NCBI GenBank assembly: GCA_963843825.1
Contig: CAWJLZ010000031.1
Span: 76,679-140,678 of the forward strand
Direction of reading: 5' to 3'
Source of the DNA: an uncultured Actinomycetota bacterium
GTDB lineage: Bacteria > Actinomycetota > Actinomycetes > Propionibacteriales > Nocardioidaceae
Length of the DNA stretch: 64,000 nt
Shown one piece after another: positions 43,646-55,640 of this stretch; positions within the stretch are counted from its first letter, which is position 1, and each line of letters opens with the position of its first letter. The position numbers were made by a program, and so were the translations under genes. Under the pieces are notes generated by a model. That model had not been told where the DNA came from. It did not search any database and saw only the letters and a program-made list of their open reading frames with translations.

Positions 43646-45013
43646 GTGACCTCCGCCTACCGACGCGTGCTCGCCCTCCCGGGCGCCGTCGCCTTCAGTG
43701 CCGCCGGCGTCCTCGCCCGGCTGCCGATGTCGATGATGAGCCTGGGCATCGTGCTGCTGGTCTCGGCCCGGACGGGGTCGTACTCCACCGCCGGCGGCGT
43801 GTCCGCGGCGTGGGTGGGGGCCAACGCCGTGGCCGCGGTACCGCTGGCCCGGCTGGTCGACCGCCGCGGCCAGCGCCGGGTGCTGGGGCCCACGGTGGTC
43901 CTCTCGGTGCTGGCCCTGACCCTGCTGATGGTGGCCGTCGAGCGCGACTGGGGCTTTCCCTGGGTCCACCTGTGCGCCGCGCTGTCCGGCGCCACGCTGC
44001 CCAACGTCGGGGCGGCGGTCCGGGCCCGCTGGTCCCACGTGATCAAGGACCGCCGGATGCTCGACACCGCCTTCGCGGTCGAAGCCGTCAACGACGAGCT
44101 GGTCTTCGTCGTCGGGCCGACCCTGGTCACCGTGCTCGCGGCCAGCGTCCACCCGGTGGCCGGCCTGGTCTCGGCCGGCACCGCCGCCCTGGTCGGCACC
44201 CTGCTGTTCGTCGCCCAGCGCGGCACCGAGCCCCCCACGGCCCGCTCCGGGCCCACCGGGGCCGTCTGGTCCCCGGAGGTCCGCCGGCCGATGCCCTGGG
44301 CGGGCCTGGCCCCGCTGGTGGTCGGCGCGGTCATGCTCGGCACCCTCTTCGGCGGCGTCGAGGTGGCCACCGTCGCCTTCGCCGACGAGCAGGGACACCG
44401 TCCGGCCGCCGGGGTCCTGCTGGCGATCTGGGCCCTGGGCAGCCTGCTGTCCGGACTGGTCAGCGGTGCCCTCACCTACCGCCGGTCCCCGGCGGCGAGG
44501 TACCGGCTCGGCGCCACCGCCCTGGCCGCGCTGCTCCTCCCCCTGCCGCTGGTCGGCTCCCTGCCGGCGATGGGCGTGGTGCTGTTCCTGTGCGGCTTCG
44601 CCATCTCGCCCACGATGATCGCCGCGGTCAGCTGGGTCGAGGCGACCGTGCCCTCCGACCGCCTGAACGAGGGGATGGCCGTCTTCGGCACCGGGCTGGT
44701 CGCCGGCGTGGCTCCCGGGGCCGCGCTGGTCGGCATCGTCGTCGACACGCACGGGGCGTCCCCGGGCTACTGGGTCCCCGCGGGCGCCGGGGCCGTCGCC
44801 GTCCTGGTGGCGGTGGCCACCCGGCGCTCCGGTGCCGGCACGCACCCGGGACCGACCGGGCGCGACGCGATGCCGACTGCCGCGGTCGGGGCGCGCGCTG
44901 ACGTAGGCTCGGTGCCCTCGCCAGAGGCTGCCCCTCCGGGGCCTGGCGGGCACCCCGACACGATCCGGCCGCTGGGAGAACACCACCATGGACAGCACGC
45001 TCCGCCCGCGTGA
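43646..45013 (+). CDS. MFS transporter (true stop probably near 44900)
   Basis: About 12 hydrophobic segments; ARLVDRRGQRRV motif A; DELVFVVGP. Confidence 0.85.
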   Translation: MTSAYRRVLALPGAVAFSAAGVLARLPMSMMSLGIVLLVSARTGSYSTAGGVSAAWVGANAVAAVPLARLVDRRGQRRVLGPTVVLSVLALTLLMVAVERDWGFPWVHLCAALSGATLPNVGAAVRARWSHVIKDRRMLDTAFAVEAVNDELVFVVGPTLVTVLAASVHPVAGLVSAGTAALVGTLLFVAQRGTEPPTARSGPTGAVWSPEVRRPMPWAGLAPLVVGAVMLGTLFGGVEVATVAFADEQGHRPAAGVLLAIWALGSLLSGLVSGALTYRRSPAARYRLGATALAALLLPLPLVGSLPAMGVVLFLCGFAISPTMIAAVSWVEATVPSDRLNEGMAVFGTGLVAGVAPGAALVGIVVDTHGASPGYWVPAGAGAVAVLVAVATRRSGAGTHPGPTGRDAMPTAAVGARADVGSVPSPEAAPPGPGGHPDTIRPLGEHHHGQHAPPA

Positions 45014-46006
45014 CATCCAGGCGCGGATCCGGGCCGGCGAGAGCCCCGAGGCCGTGGCCGAGGCCGCGCGCACCACGGTGGACAAGATCGCTGGGTTCGC
45101 CAACCCGGTGCTGGCCGAGCGCGCCCACATCGCCGACCGGGCGCAGAAGGCGTCCGTGCGCCGGCGGGCCGGGGACGGTCCGTCGGCAGCTCGCCGAGGC
45201 CGTCGCCGCCCGGCTGGCCGCCGCGACCTGGACCCCGGAGCGTCGAGTGGGACTCCTGGCGACGCGAGGACGGCCGGTGGACGCTGGTCGCCGACTACCG
45301 CTCCGGCGAACGGCACGGCCCGCGCGAGTTCGTCTTCGACGCAGCCGGCCGGTACGTCGTGGCCGAGGACGACGAGGCGCGCTGGCTGGTCGGCGAGCGC
45401 CGCCCGCGGTCCGCGCCCCGACCGGCGGCGGCCCCCGCGGGTTCCGACGTGTCGACGACGAGGAGCTCCCGCTGGGCGAGGACGCGATCGAGCTGGTCAC
45501 GGCGACCGACCCGAGGACGCGGACCGGCGCCACGGCGCCGACACCGTCGGGCACACCCGCGGACACCCGGGACGCCGACAGCACGGTCGAGGCCGACTGG
45601 TCGAGTCCGGCGAGGGCCGTGCCGGCGGGGAGCGCGCCGAGGGACCGACCGGACCTCAGCGCCACCGCGGCCGCGGTGCGGGCCACCGGCCGGTGAGCGG
45701 CGGCGAGGGCGGCACCGGCGACGCGGACTGGATCGCCACCCAGGCCAGCGAGCCGTCCCGCGGCCCGCGAGGCGGGCCGCGACGTCGACGACACCGAAAG
45801 CCGACGCCGCCGACGACCCCGAGGACGCAGCCGACGGGGCCGCCGAGAGCCGGATGCGGCCGCTGCCGCGGACCGAGCCGGCCGCGGAGTCCGACCAGCC
45901 GTCCGAGGAGGCCGCCGCACCGCGCCGCCCGGCACGCAAGAAGAGCGGCCGGGCCTCGGTGCCGAGCTGGGACGAGATCATGTTCGGCAGCGGCGGACGC
46001 GAGTAG
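44988..46006 (+). CDS. sepH: Septation protein SepH (DUF3071; frameshifted)
   Basis: LRPRDIQARIRAG, FANPVLAER, WDSWRREDGRW; ends RASVPSWDEIMFG. Confidence 0.85.
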
Positions 46007-46060
46007 CCGGAGTGACGACCGCCACCGGCCGCCGCGCCGTCGGCGACTGGACACCTGAAG

Positions 46061-46074
46061 TTACCTGTCGGTAA
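46061..46074. promoter_or_regulatory. Palindromic operator candidate TTACC-N4-GGTAA
   Basis: TTACCTGTCGGTAA about 50 bp upstream of the acyl-CoA reductase start. Confidence 0.5.
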
Positions 46075-46126
46075 TCTCAAGGGTGCTCGGTCCCCCGACC
46101 ACCTCCCTCACCCGCGGACGGCTCGC

Positions 46127-48155
46127 ATGGCCTACTTCGTCACCGGCGCCACCGGCTTCATCGGCCGGCACCTCGTCCAGGAGCTCCTCGACCACCGTGT
46201 CGGCGAGGTCTTCGTGCTGGTCCGCGAGGGCTCGCAGGACCGCCTCGCACACCTGATGCGGTCGTGGGGCAGCCCGGCGCGGGTCACCCCGGTCCTCGGC
46301 GACCTCGCCGCGCCGCTCACTCGGAGTCGACCCGGCGTGGGTGCGCCGGCACGCCGGGCAGGTCGACCACTTCTTCCACCTCGCCGCGATCTACGACATG
46401 ACCGCGTCCGACGAGCTCAACGAGACCCTCAACGTCGGTGGCACCCGCGCCGCCCTGGAGCTGGCCGCGGACCTGCGCGCCGGGGTGCTTCCACCAGGTG
46501 TCCTCGATCGCGGCGGCCGGGCGACTACGACGGTTCTTGGACGAGACGATGTTCGACGTCGACCAGAGCCTTCCCTCGCCATACCACCGCACCAAGTTCG
46601 TCTCCGAGCAGGTGGTCCGTGAGGAGTCCGGCGTGCCGTGGCGCGTCTACCGTCCCGGGGTGGTGATCGGCAGCTCCGGGACGGGGCGATGGACAAGGTC
46701 GACGGCCCGTACTTCTTCTTCCCGATCCTCAAGGCCCTGCGCGACCACCTGCCGCCTGGACGCCGCTGGCCGGCGTCGACCTCGGCGACACCAACGTGGT
46801 CCCCGTCGACTACGTGGCCTAGGCGATGGACCACCTCGCGCACCTGCCCGGCCTCGACGGCGAGGCCTTCCACCTCGTCAACCCCGAGCCGCAGCGCACC
46901 GTGGAGGTCGATCAACACCTTCGCCGACGCCGCCAAGGCGCCGCACCTCGCCAGCCGCTGGACCGCGGGTCACAGCGTGCTGCCCACGGCATGCTGCCCA
47001 GCGCCCTGCGTCCGAGCGGCCTGCTCCGCGGCGCCCGCGCAGCGCACCGGGCAGCTGGCGCTGCGCGAGACCGTCGGGCGGCTCGGCCTCCCCGCCGAGG
47101 TCGTGGAGCACGCCGGCTTCCCCACGACGGTACGGCTCGCGGCTCACCGAGGAGGCGCTGGCCGGCTCCGGGCATCTCGGTCCCGGTGCTGGAGAGCTAC
47201 GCCGCCGGCTCTGGGGGTCTCTGGGAGGAGCAGCTCGACGACTCGCTGGCCCGGGACAAGCGGCCACGGTCGCGGCCCTGACCGGTCGCACCGTGGTGAT
47301 CACCGGCGCCTCGTCGGGCATCGGCCTGGTGACCGCCTTCAAGGTCGCCCAGGCCGGCGGGATACCCGTCCTGGTGGCCCGGGGCAAGGACAAGCTGGAG
47401 GCGGCGAAGGCGGCCATCGAGGCGCGCGGGGGATCCGCCCACGTCTATCGCTGCGACCTCTCCGACCTCGAGGCGATCGACGAGCTGGTGGCGCGGCTGA
47501 CCACCGAGCTGGACAGCGTCGACTTGCTGGTCAACAACGCCGGCCGGTCGATCCGGCGCTCGGTCAAGCTCAGCCAGGAGCGGTTCCACGACTTCGAGCG
47601 GACCATGCAGCTCAACTACTTCGGCGCGATCCGGCTGGTGATGGGACTGCTGCCGCACGATGCGCGAGCAGGGATCGGGGCACGTGGTCAACATCAGCTC
47701 CATCGGGGTGCTGACCAACCCGCCGCGGTTCAGCGCGTACGTCGCCTCGAAGGCGGCCCTGGACGCCTGGAGCAACGTGGTCAGCCTCGGAGGTGGTCGG
47801 GGACGGGATCAGCTTCACCGACGATCCACATGCCGCTGGTGAAGACCCCGATGATCAGCCCGACCACGCTCTACGACCGGTTCCCCACGATCACCCCGGC
47901 CCAGGCCGCGGACATGGTGGTCCGGGCCCTGGTCGAGCGGCCCTTCGAGATCAACACGACGCTCGGGACCGTGGGCGCCCTGGCCCACACGCTGGCCCCC
48001 GCACCGCCTTCAAGGTGCTCCACCTGGCCTACCGGGTCTTCCCCGACTCCGCCGCCGCCCGGGGGGACTCCGACCCGGGCCCGGTGGCCGCCCCGGCCCC
48101 CACCAGCGGCCAGCAGGTCCTGCTGGCCCGGCTGACCCGGGGCGTGCACTGGTGA
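46127..48155 (+). CDS. Two-domain SDR oxidoreductase / fatty acyl-CoA reductase (AcrA1-like; frameshifted)
   Basis: YFVTGATGFIG, HLAAIYD, DKVDGPY; second domain TGASSGIG, NNAGRSIRR, YVASK; ends RGVHW. Confidence 0.85.
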
Positions 48156-48196
48156 GCGGCTGTCCCGGCTGATCCCCGGCTGATCCCGTCGGGTGC

Positions 48197-49042
48197 TCAG
48201 GCCGGGCCGGTCGCCACCGGACGGGTCGGGTCGGAGACGTACTCGCTCCAGGACCCGGCGTACAGCGCGGCGGGGACGCCGAGCCGGGCCAGGGCCAGCA
48301 GGTCGAGCGAGGCGGTCACGCCCGAGCCGCAGTACGCGCCGACCGGGTCGCCCTCCCCCGCCGCGGCGACCGCGCCGGCGTAGGTCCGGGCCAGGTCGGC
48401 GACGTCGCGGAACCGCCCCGACCGCGGACCCTCGGTCACCAGGTTGTCCCCGGCGGGCGCGTTCACCGCGCCCGGCACGTGCCCGGCCACCGGGTCGACG
48501 GGCTCGGTCTCGCCGCGGAACCGCTCCGGGGCCCGGGCGTCGACCAGGACGCCGCGCGACGCGGTCGAGGCGGCCCCGGCCGCGTCGAGGACCGGCAGCA
48601 CCCCCGGTCCGGCCACGAAGTCCCCCGGCGCCGGGCTCACCGGTCCGGTCTCCACCGGCAGCCCCAGGGCCTGCCACACGGTCCATCCGCCGTCGAGGAC
48701 GCGGACGTCGGGGTGGCCGTGGTGGCGCAGCAGCCACCAGGCCCGGGCCGCCGACATCCCCCCGGTGGCGTCGTAGGCCACCACCGGGCGCTCGGCGCTC
48801 ACTCCGCAGCGGCGCATCGCGGCCGCGAAGCGGTCCGGGTCGGGCAGCGGGTGCCTCCCCGCGCCGGGTGGGTCGGCGAGGTCGTCCTCGAGGTCCACGA
48901 AGGCCGCTGACGGCAGGTGTCCCGCCGCGTGCTGCTCGCGGCCGTCGCTGCGGCCGAGCAGCCAACGCACGTCGAGCAGGGTCACCGCGAGGTCGCGGTC
49001 CAGCAGGTCGGCCAGGGCCTCGGGCTCGATCAAGGGGTCCAT
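48197..49042 (-). CDS. Sulfurtransferase (rhodanese, SseB/SseA-like)
   Basis: GRHPLP, VLDGG, DARAPERFRGE, YCGSGVTA, YAGSWSEY. Confidence 0.92.
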   Translation of the reverse strand: MDPLIEPEALADLLDRDLAVTLLDVRWLLGRSDGREQHAAGHLPSAAFVDLEDDLADPPGAGRHPLPDPDRFAAAMRRCGVSAERPVVAYDATGGMSAARAWWLLRHHGHPDVRVLDGGWTVWQALGLPVETGPVSPAPGDFVAGPGVLPVLDAAGAASTASRGVLVDARAPERFRGETEPVDPVAGHVPGAVNAPAGDNLVTEGPRSGRFRDVADLARTYAGAVAAAGEGDPVGAYCGSGVTASLDLLALARLGVPAALYAGSWSEYVSDPTRPVATGPA

Positions 49043-49077
49043 CACCCCAGTATCGCGGCAGGTGCGACCATTCCTGC

Positions 49078-49731
49078 GTGGCGGAGCTGACCTTCTGGAC
49101 CGGGACGATGGATGCGGGCAAGTCGACGTTGGCCCTGCAGACCAACCACAACCACGCGGCCCGGGGCCGGATCGGCCGGATCTTCACCTCCCACGACCGG
49201 ACCGGCGCGGCGGTGATCTCCTCGCGGCTCGGGCTCACCCACGACGCCCTGGAGGTCACCCCGGAGCTCGACTTCTGGTCCTACGTCGTGGGGTCGCTGA
49301 CCGGCGGGGCCCGGATCGACTACCTGATCTGCGACGAGGCCCAGTTCTACGAGCCCCACCAGGTCGAGGCGCTGGCCAAGATCGTCGACGAGCTCCAGAT
49401 CGACGTGTTCTGCTTCGGCATCCTCACCGACTTCCGCACCGTGATGTTCCCCGGCGCGGCCCGCCTCGTCGAGCTCGCCGACCGCACCGAGGTGCTCCAG
49501 GTCGAGGCGCTGTGCTGGTGCGGCAAGCGGGCCACGCACAACGCGCGCACCGAGAACGGTGTCATGGTCCGCGAGGGCGAGGTGATCGTGGTGGGCGACG
49601 TCGAGGAGCTCGACGAACCGGTCGCGGAGGTCGCCTACGAGGTGCTGTGCCGCCAGCACCACCGACGCGGGCTCACCGCGGCGCGCGCCGAGGCGGTCTC
49701 CCGGATCGCCGAGCCGCTGCCCTTCACCTGA
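49078..49731 (+). CDS. tdk: Thymidine kinase
   Basis: GTMDAGKST, ICDEAQF, TDFR, CWCG...CRQH. Confidence 0.92.
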   Translation: MAELTFWTGTMDAGKSTLALQTNHNHAARGRIGRIFTSHDRTGAAVISSRLGLTHDALEVTPELDFWSYVVGSLTGGARIDYLICDEAQFYEPHQVEALAKIVDELQIDVFCFGILTDFRTVMFPGAARLVELADRTEVLQVEALCWCGKRATHNARTENGVMVREGEVIVVGDVEELDEPVAEVAYEVLCRQHHRRGLTAARAEAVSRIAEPLPFT

Positions 49732-49750
49732 CCCTGCGGAAGGTCCGGAC

Positions 49751-50887
49751 TCAGGCGACCAGGACCGGCACCAGCATCTCCGCCGGGGTGAGCGAGCCGT
49801 GCACCCCGACCAGGGACGACTCGTGGGGGAAGGGACCCGAGCACAGCACGGTGAAGGAACCCCGGCAGGCCACCACCACGTCACCGAGCCGGGGCAGCAC
49901 CCGGTCCGCGACCTCGCCGAACCAGCCGCGGGCGATCGCCTCGTCGCGGGTGAGCACCTCGGCCCGATCGCCCATCTCCGCGCGCCAGCGGTCCCGGACG
50001 CCCGGGGCGGACCCCTCGCGCACGTAGATGTGACGGAACCTGGCCTCGCCGCCGACGAGCACGACGTCCTCGCGCAGCGCGGGGACCTCGTCGACGTCCA
50101 CCCGGTCCTCGACGTCGACGTCGACCATCCCGTGGTCGGCCACGACCACCACCCGGGTCCGGTCGGGCAGCAGGTCGCGGAGCCGCTGGGCGGCCAGGTC
50201 GACCATGGTCAGCTGGGCCCGCCACTGGTCGGAGTCGACGCCGAAGCGGTGCCCGGTCCAGTCGAGGTCGCCGTCGTAGGTGTAGGTCAGGGACGGGCCC
50301 TCCCGCGAGGCGTCGCGCACGGCCACGAGCCGCTCCCCGACCCGGTCGGCGCCCACGAAGCCGGCCCCGCCGGCACTGGCCTCGGTCAGGCCGCTGCCCC
50401 GGAACTCCCGCTTGTTGACCGTCGTGGCCCGCACCCCGGCCGCGGCGAGCCGGGCGAAGGCGGTGGGGTGCGGCTGCCACGACGTGCGGGTCGACGTCCT
50501 TGGGCCAGGCCAGCGCGTTGAGCAGCGAGCCGGTGCCGGGGATCCGGCTGGTGTAGCCGACGATCCCGTGCGACCCCGGCGGGAGCCCGGTGCCCAGGGA
50601 GGTCAGGCTGGTCGCGGTGGTCGAGGGGACCCCGGCCGTGGCCGGGGTCGTCCCGTCGAGCAGGCCGTGCAGGAACGGTGCCTGCTCCGGGTGGGCCTCG
50701 AGCAGCCGGTGGCCGAGGCCGTCGACCAGGAACACGCACGTACGACGGCGCCTCGGGCAGCTCGAGGGAGCCGCTGTCGCTGCCGGGGAAGACGTCCCCG
50801 GCCCCGAGGGCAGGCGCGATCGCGGGGACCACGTCGCTGAGCGCCCGGTCGCCGTACGCCGGGGTGACGAACTCCTCGCGCGGTCAC
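49751..50887 (-). CDS. Alkaline phosphatase superfamily / nucleotide pyrophosphatase (frameshifted)
   Basis: LVDGLG, PSTTATSLTSLGTG, DWTGH, VADHGM, HGSLTPAEM. Confidence 0.85.
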
Positions 50888-51490
50888 CGGCCGGTGCGGG
50901 CCGACAGCGCGCGCGGCGAAGGCGAGCAGCTCCGGGACCGCCTCGCGGTCCCTCGGCGGCGGCGCTGACGCGCAGCGAGAAGTCGTCGGGGCCGAGCACG
51001 CCGGTGTAGCCGTGGTCGGCGTCGCACTCGGGGTCGCCGCAGGCCGCGGGCTCGAGGTCGATGCGGCTCGATCGCGCCCCACCCGATGGACAGCACCGCC
51101 TCGTTGGCCGCGGGCCGTGGGGTGGGCCGGTCGGTGGACGTCCGGGGTCGGCCACCATCCGGTTGACCACGACGTTGCGGATCGAGGCGAGGGCGATCGC
51201 CTCGGTGGTCGAGGAGGTGTACGGCGAGGGCAGCACCTCGTCGGGGGCGTGGTCGTCGGTGTGGGCCAGGATCAGCCGACTCGGCGTGAGCACCAGGACC
51301 GTCACGTGGCGGCGGACCTCGTCGCGCTCGTCGATGGTCGGCTCGTGGTGCACCAGGTGGGCCTCGACCGCGCTCGCCCGCCGACCGCGGCGAAGACGGC
51401 GTCAGCCACCACGTCGGGGTAGTAGCCGGAGGCCTCGATGGCCGATCGGAGGTCGCTGGATCCTTCGGTGACGCTGGTGCGGGCGGACAT
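50884..51490 (-). CDS. DUF5998 family protein (frameshifted)
   Basis: SGYYPDVV, EVRRHVTVL, HTDD, RIDLEPAACGDPECDADHGYTG. Confidence 0.85.
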
Positions 51491-51513
51491 GCGGCCAGTG
51501 TGTCACGCGGCGC

Positions 51514-52793
51514 TCAGGCCACGCGGGACCTCGATACGCCGTCCTGGGCGTCGGTGAGGTGACGGCGCAGGCCGGAGGAGCATCGCGGCCCCGAGGCCGT
51601 CCGCCCGACGGTCAGCGCCACCCAGACCGCCGCGAGACCGCTGCCGATCAGCAGGCCCGCGACCGCGGGGCCGATCACCACGCGACAGCGTCCAGGTCGA
51701 GGCGACAGCGCGTTGTAGCGGCCGCGCAGCTCGTCGGTGGCCAGGTCGTTGACCAGGGCGGGGGTGATCGGCGGGCCACAGCGTCTCCCCGGCGCCGAAG
51801 AGTCGCCAGCCCGACGCACGACGCAGGCGACCGCGATCCAGCTGTCAGACCGGGCGGAGGCGGCGATCAGCGCCCACGGCGGCCACCAGGTCACGGCGCG
51901 ACCGTCGCGAGCATGCTCGTGCGCCGGCGCCCCCGGATCGCCCGCAGCGCGACGAGCTGTCCGGCGACGATCGCCGCGGTGTTGGCCGCGAAGGCGGGGC
52001 CGAGGAAGCGCGGGTCAGGCCCGGCGACGTCGACGGAGTACGCCGCGAAGCCGGACTCGATCTGGGCGTAGCCGAAGGTGACCAGCAGCAGCCCGAGATC
52101 AGGGCAACCCGCAGCATCGTCCGGTCCCGCGAGCACCTGGACCGCCACCCGCCCGGCGGTCAGCGACCTCCCGGGGAGCTCGGCTGCGCGTCCCCGGTCG
52201 CCCGGGGCAGCGTGACAGCACGACGCCGCGAACGCGAGGTAGGTCAGCGGTCCAGGAGGTAGAGCCGCTCGAAGGTGCGCGGGTCGGACAGGTCGCGACC
52301 AGGGTCGCGCTGACCAGGCCCCCGACGCCCAGCCCGGCGTTCAGCAGCATGAAGTTGCAGGCCCGAACACGCGCTCGCGCGGCCGGGTCGGGGACCAGCC
52401 CGGGATCAGCGAGCGTTGGCTGCCGGCCACATCCACGCGTGCCCCCGGCGCTGACCATCCCCGTGACCAGGAAGGCGCCGCGAGCACCGAGCCCACCTGC
52501 GGTCAGGCCTGCCACCCCGAGCGGCCTCGAGCGCCAGCCGCGCACACGAGCACCGGCCGGGGCCCGAAGCGGTCGATCAGCGTGCCGCACGACGGCGGCG
52601 TGACCAGGCCGACAGGCCCATGCCGGCCAGCACGAGCCCGACCGTCGACGTCGGGAGGTCGCACACCCGCGCCAGATAGACGAAGAGGAAGGGCAGGGTC
52701 AGCCCGTTGCCCAGGGCGGACAGCGCGACGCCGGCGAAGAGCCGCACGGGTCGAGCCGCCCGAGCAGAGGCGGTCCCAGGAGACGCGCCTCAC
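51514..52793 (-). CDS. MFS transporter (heavily frameshifted)
   Basis: LGNGLTLPF, LIDRFGPR, NFMLLNAGLGVGG, GYAQIESG, LRGRYNA. Confidence 0.7.
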
Positions 52794-55565
52794 CCGGGGT
52801 GCGTGTCCGACAGCGGCGCGCTCATCCGTCGGGCGAACCAGTCGGACCGGGCGTCGACCGCGGGCTCCACCCGCGCCGAGGCGGTCAGCACCGCGGCCCC
52901 CTGGGCGCCCGCGATCACCAGCGACAGGTCCAGGGAACAGACCTGCGGGAGGTCGTTCTTGATCTGCGCCACCTTGCAGCAGCAGGTCCTCGACCGGCGG
53001 CGGTGTCGACCGGCACGCTGCCGCGGTAGCCGAGCAGCAGCGGGGCGGCCCGGATCTCCCGGACCATCTCCGCGGCGTCCAGGGCTGCATCGGCGGGATC
53101 CGGTAGGCGCGGTCGTCGAGCAGCTCGCTGGCGAGCCGGAGATCCCGAACGAGACCACCGGCCCGAACAGCGGGTCCTCCACCCCGCGTGATCGCCAGCG
53201 GGACCCCGGGGGCGGCGTTGAGCTGCACCACGAAGCCGGCCGTCCGGACCGACCTCCGCGGCGGCGTGCATCGCCCGCCAGGCCTGACGCATCTCGTCCT
53301 CGCCGTCGATGTTGCGCCACACGTGGGCCAGGTCGGGGCGGTTGCGCAGGTGGCCGGCGGTGGCCTTGAGCACCACGTCCCAGCCCAGCCGCCGGCCAGC
53401 CTCGACGGCGTCGTCCTCGGTGCCGACCCGGACCCGCGGCCACAGGGTGACGCCGTACGCGCCGAGCAGCTCGGTGAGCTCGGCGTCGGTCAGCCGGCGC
53501 CCCTCCGGCGAGGTCGTCAGGGCCCGGTTCACGGTGGTCCGCGCGCGGACCTGGTCCGCGGCCTCGGGCGCGACGATCTCGGGCTCGACCCGGGCCAGCC
53601 ACGCGGCGTACTCCACGACCTTGGCCAGCGCGTGGACCGCGGCCGTCGGCGAGCCGTACGAGGGCACCGAGCCCCGGCCCGCGGTGCTGCCGGCGACGTC
53701 GGGGACCCGGAGCAGCTCGGGGATGCCCTGGGCGGCCAGGAACGAGGAGAGCACCGGCTTGTCCGACTGCTCCCCCACCACGGCCAGCACGGTGGCCACC
53801 TCGGTGCCGGTGGTGTTGACCGGGGGGATGAAGACGGCCAGGACCGCGTCGACCTCGGGGTCGTCGATGGCGGCGTCGAGGGCCCGCTCGAAGTCCTCCG
53901 CGGTCGCCTCCGGGCCGAGCGCGCCCGTCGGACGGACCACGAGCCCGCGGCGGACCGCCGCGTCGGCGGCCATCAGGCCCAGCGCGTCGGAGTTGCCGAC
54001 CACGGCGACCCGGTTGCCGCGCGGGAGCGGCTGGTGGGCGACGAGCTGGGCGACGTCGAACATCTCGTCGAGGGTGTCGACCTGGATCACGCCCGCCTGG
54101 CGGAACATCGCGTCCACCGCGGTGTGGCCGGCCTCGCTGGTGCGCACCGCGTGACCCATCGGCACGCCCTGGGTGGTGCGGCCCGACTTCACCGCGATGA
54201 CCGGCTTGCGCCGGGAGACCCGGCGGGCGATGCGGCTGAACTTGCGCGGGTTGCCGATCGACTCCAGGTAGAGCAGGACCACCTCGGTGGAGTCGTCCTC
54301 CTCCCAGTACTGCAGCAGGTCGTTGCCCGAGACGTCGGCGCGGTTGCCGGCCGAGACGAAGGTCGACAGGCCGAGGCCGCGACGGGCGACGTTCTCCAGG
54401 ATCGCCACGCCCGAGCGCGCCGGACTGGCAGAAGAAGCCGGTCCGGCCCCGCGGCGGCATCACCGTGCGACAGCGAGGCGTTGAGGCTGAGCCTCGGAGG
54501 CGGTGTTGATGATGCCCAGCGCGTTGGGGCCGATCAGCCGCAGGCCGTAGCTGCGGCACAGCCGGACCAGCCGACGCTGCAGGGCCCTGCCCCTCGTCCC
54601 CGGTCTCGGCGAAGCCGGCGGAGACCACGACGATGCCGTGCACGCCCTTCTTCGCGCAGTCCAGGACGACCTCGGGGACCGACTCGGCCGGGACGGCGAC
54701 GATCGCGATGTCCACGTCGTCGGGGATGTCGGACACCGCGGCGTACGCCGGCATGCCCGCGACGGCGCCCGCGGCCGGGTTCACGGCGTACACCCGGCCC
54801 TGGAAGTCGCCCAGGACCAGGTTGCGCACCAGCAGGCGCCCGACGGTGTCCTGGCGGCGGCTGGCCCCGACGATCGGCCACGCTGCGGGCGTCGAAGAAC
54901 CGGTGCACCGACGCGGTCTCGGCCCGGTGCTCGCGGCCCTGCATCACCTCCAGCGACGTCGCGGTGGCGTCGATGGAGAACTCCATGTGCATGACACCGT
55001 CCTCGAACCCGCCGGCGACGACGTAGCCGGCCTCGCGGAAGACCTGGAGCATCCCGAGGTTCTCGGGGAGCACCTCGGCGACGAACTTCTCCACCCCCAC
55101 CTCGCGGCCGACCTGGGCCAGGTGCTCCAGGAGCAGCTGGCCGATGCCGCGGTGCTGGTGGTTGTCCTGGACCAGGAAGGCCACCTCGGCCTGGTCGCCG
55201 TGGCCCTCACGGTGGTCGAGCCGCTCGAACTGGCCCACCGCGATCATCTGCTCGGCCACGGTCAGCACGATCGCCGACCCGGTCGTGGTGGTCGACCTGC
55301 ACGAAGCGTTGGATCTCCCGGTCGCTCAGGGTCGGCATCGCGGCGAAGAAGCGGTAGTACTTCGACTGGGCCGAGACCAGCCCGTAGAACTCGACCAGCA
55401 GGTCCTCGTCGGCCGGCGAGATCGGCCGCAGGTGGGCGGTGCCGCCGTCGCGCAGCAGGACGTCGGCCTCCCAGTGCTTCGGGTAGGCCTCTGGCGTGCC
55501 CTCGGACGGGGTCGACGGCGTCGCGTCGGGGTCGTCGGGTTCGTCGGGGCGTCGGCCTGGGTCAC
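52790..55565 (-). CDS. Protein lysine acetyltransferase (GNAT + CoA-binding + ATP-grasp; Pat type; frameshifted)
   Basis: EVAFLVQD, HQHRGIG, SAGFAE, FVSAGNRADVSGND, YLESIGNPRKF, EDPLFGPVVSFG. Confidence 0.88.
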
Positions 55566-55640
55566 GGGCACGAATCTACGGTCCGGCCGCTGCGGCGTGC
55601 CCCGCGCCGGGGCGGGCGGCGACTCGGCGACAATGCGGCA

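Noticed and set aside
46820-46822. In-frame TAG (DYVA*AMDHL) as stop-codon recoding
   Set aside because: A single substitution in an error-rich region explains it; TAG is used as a normal stop elsewhere in the window.
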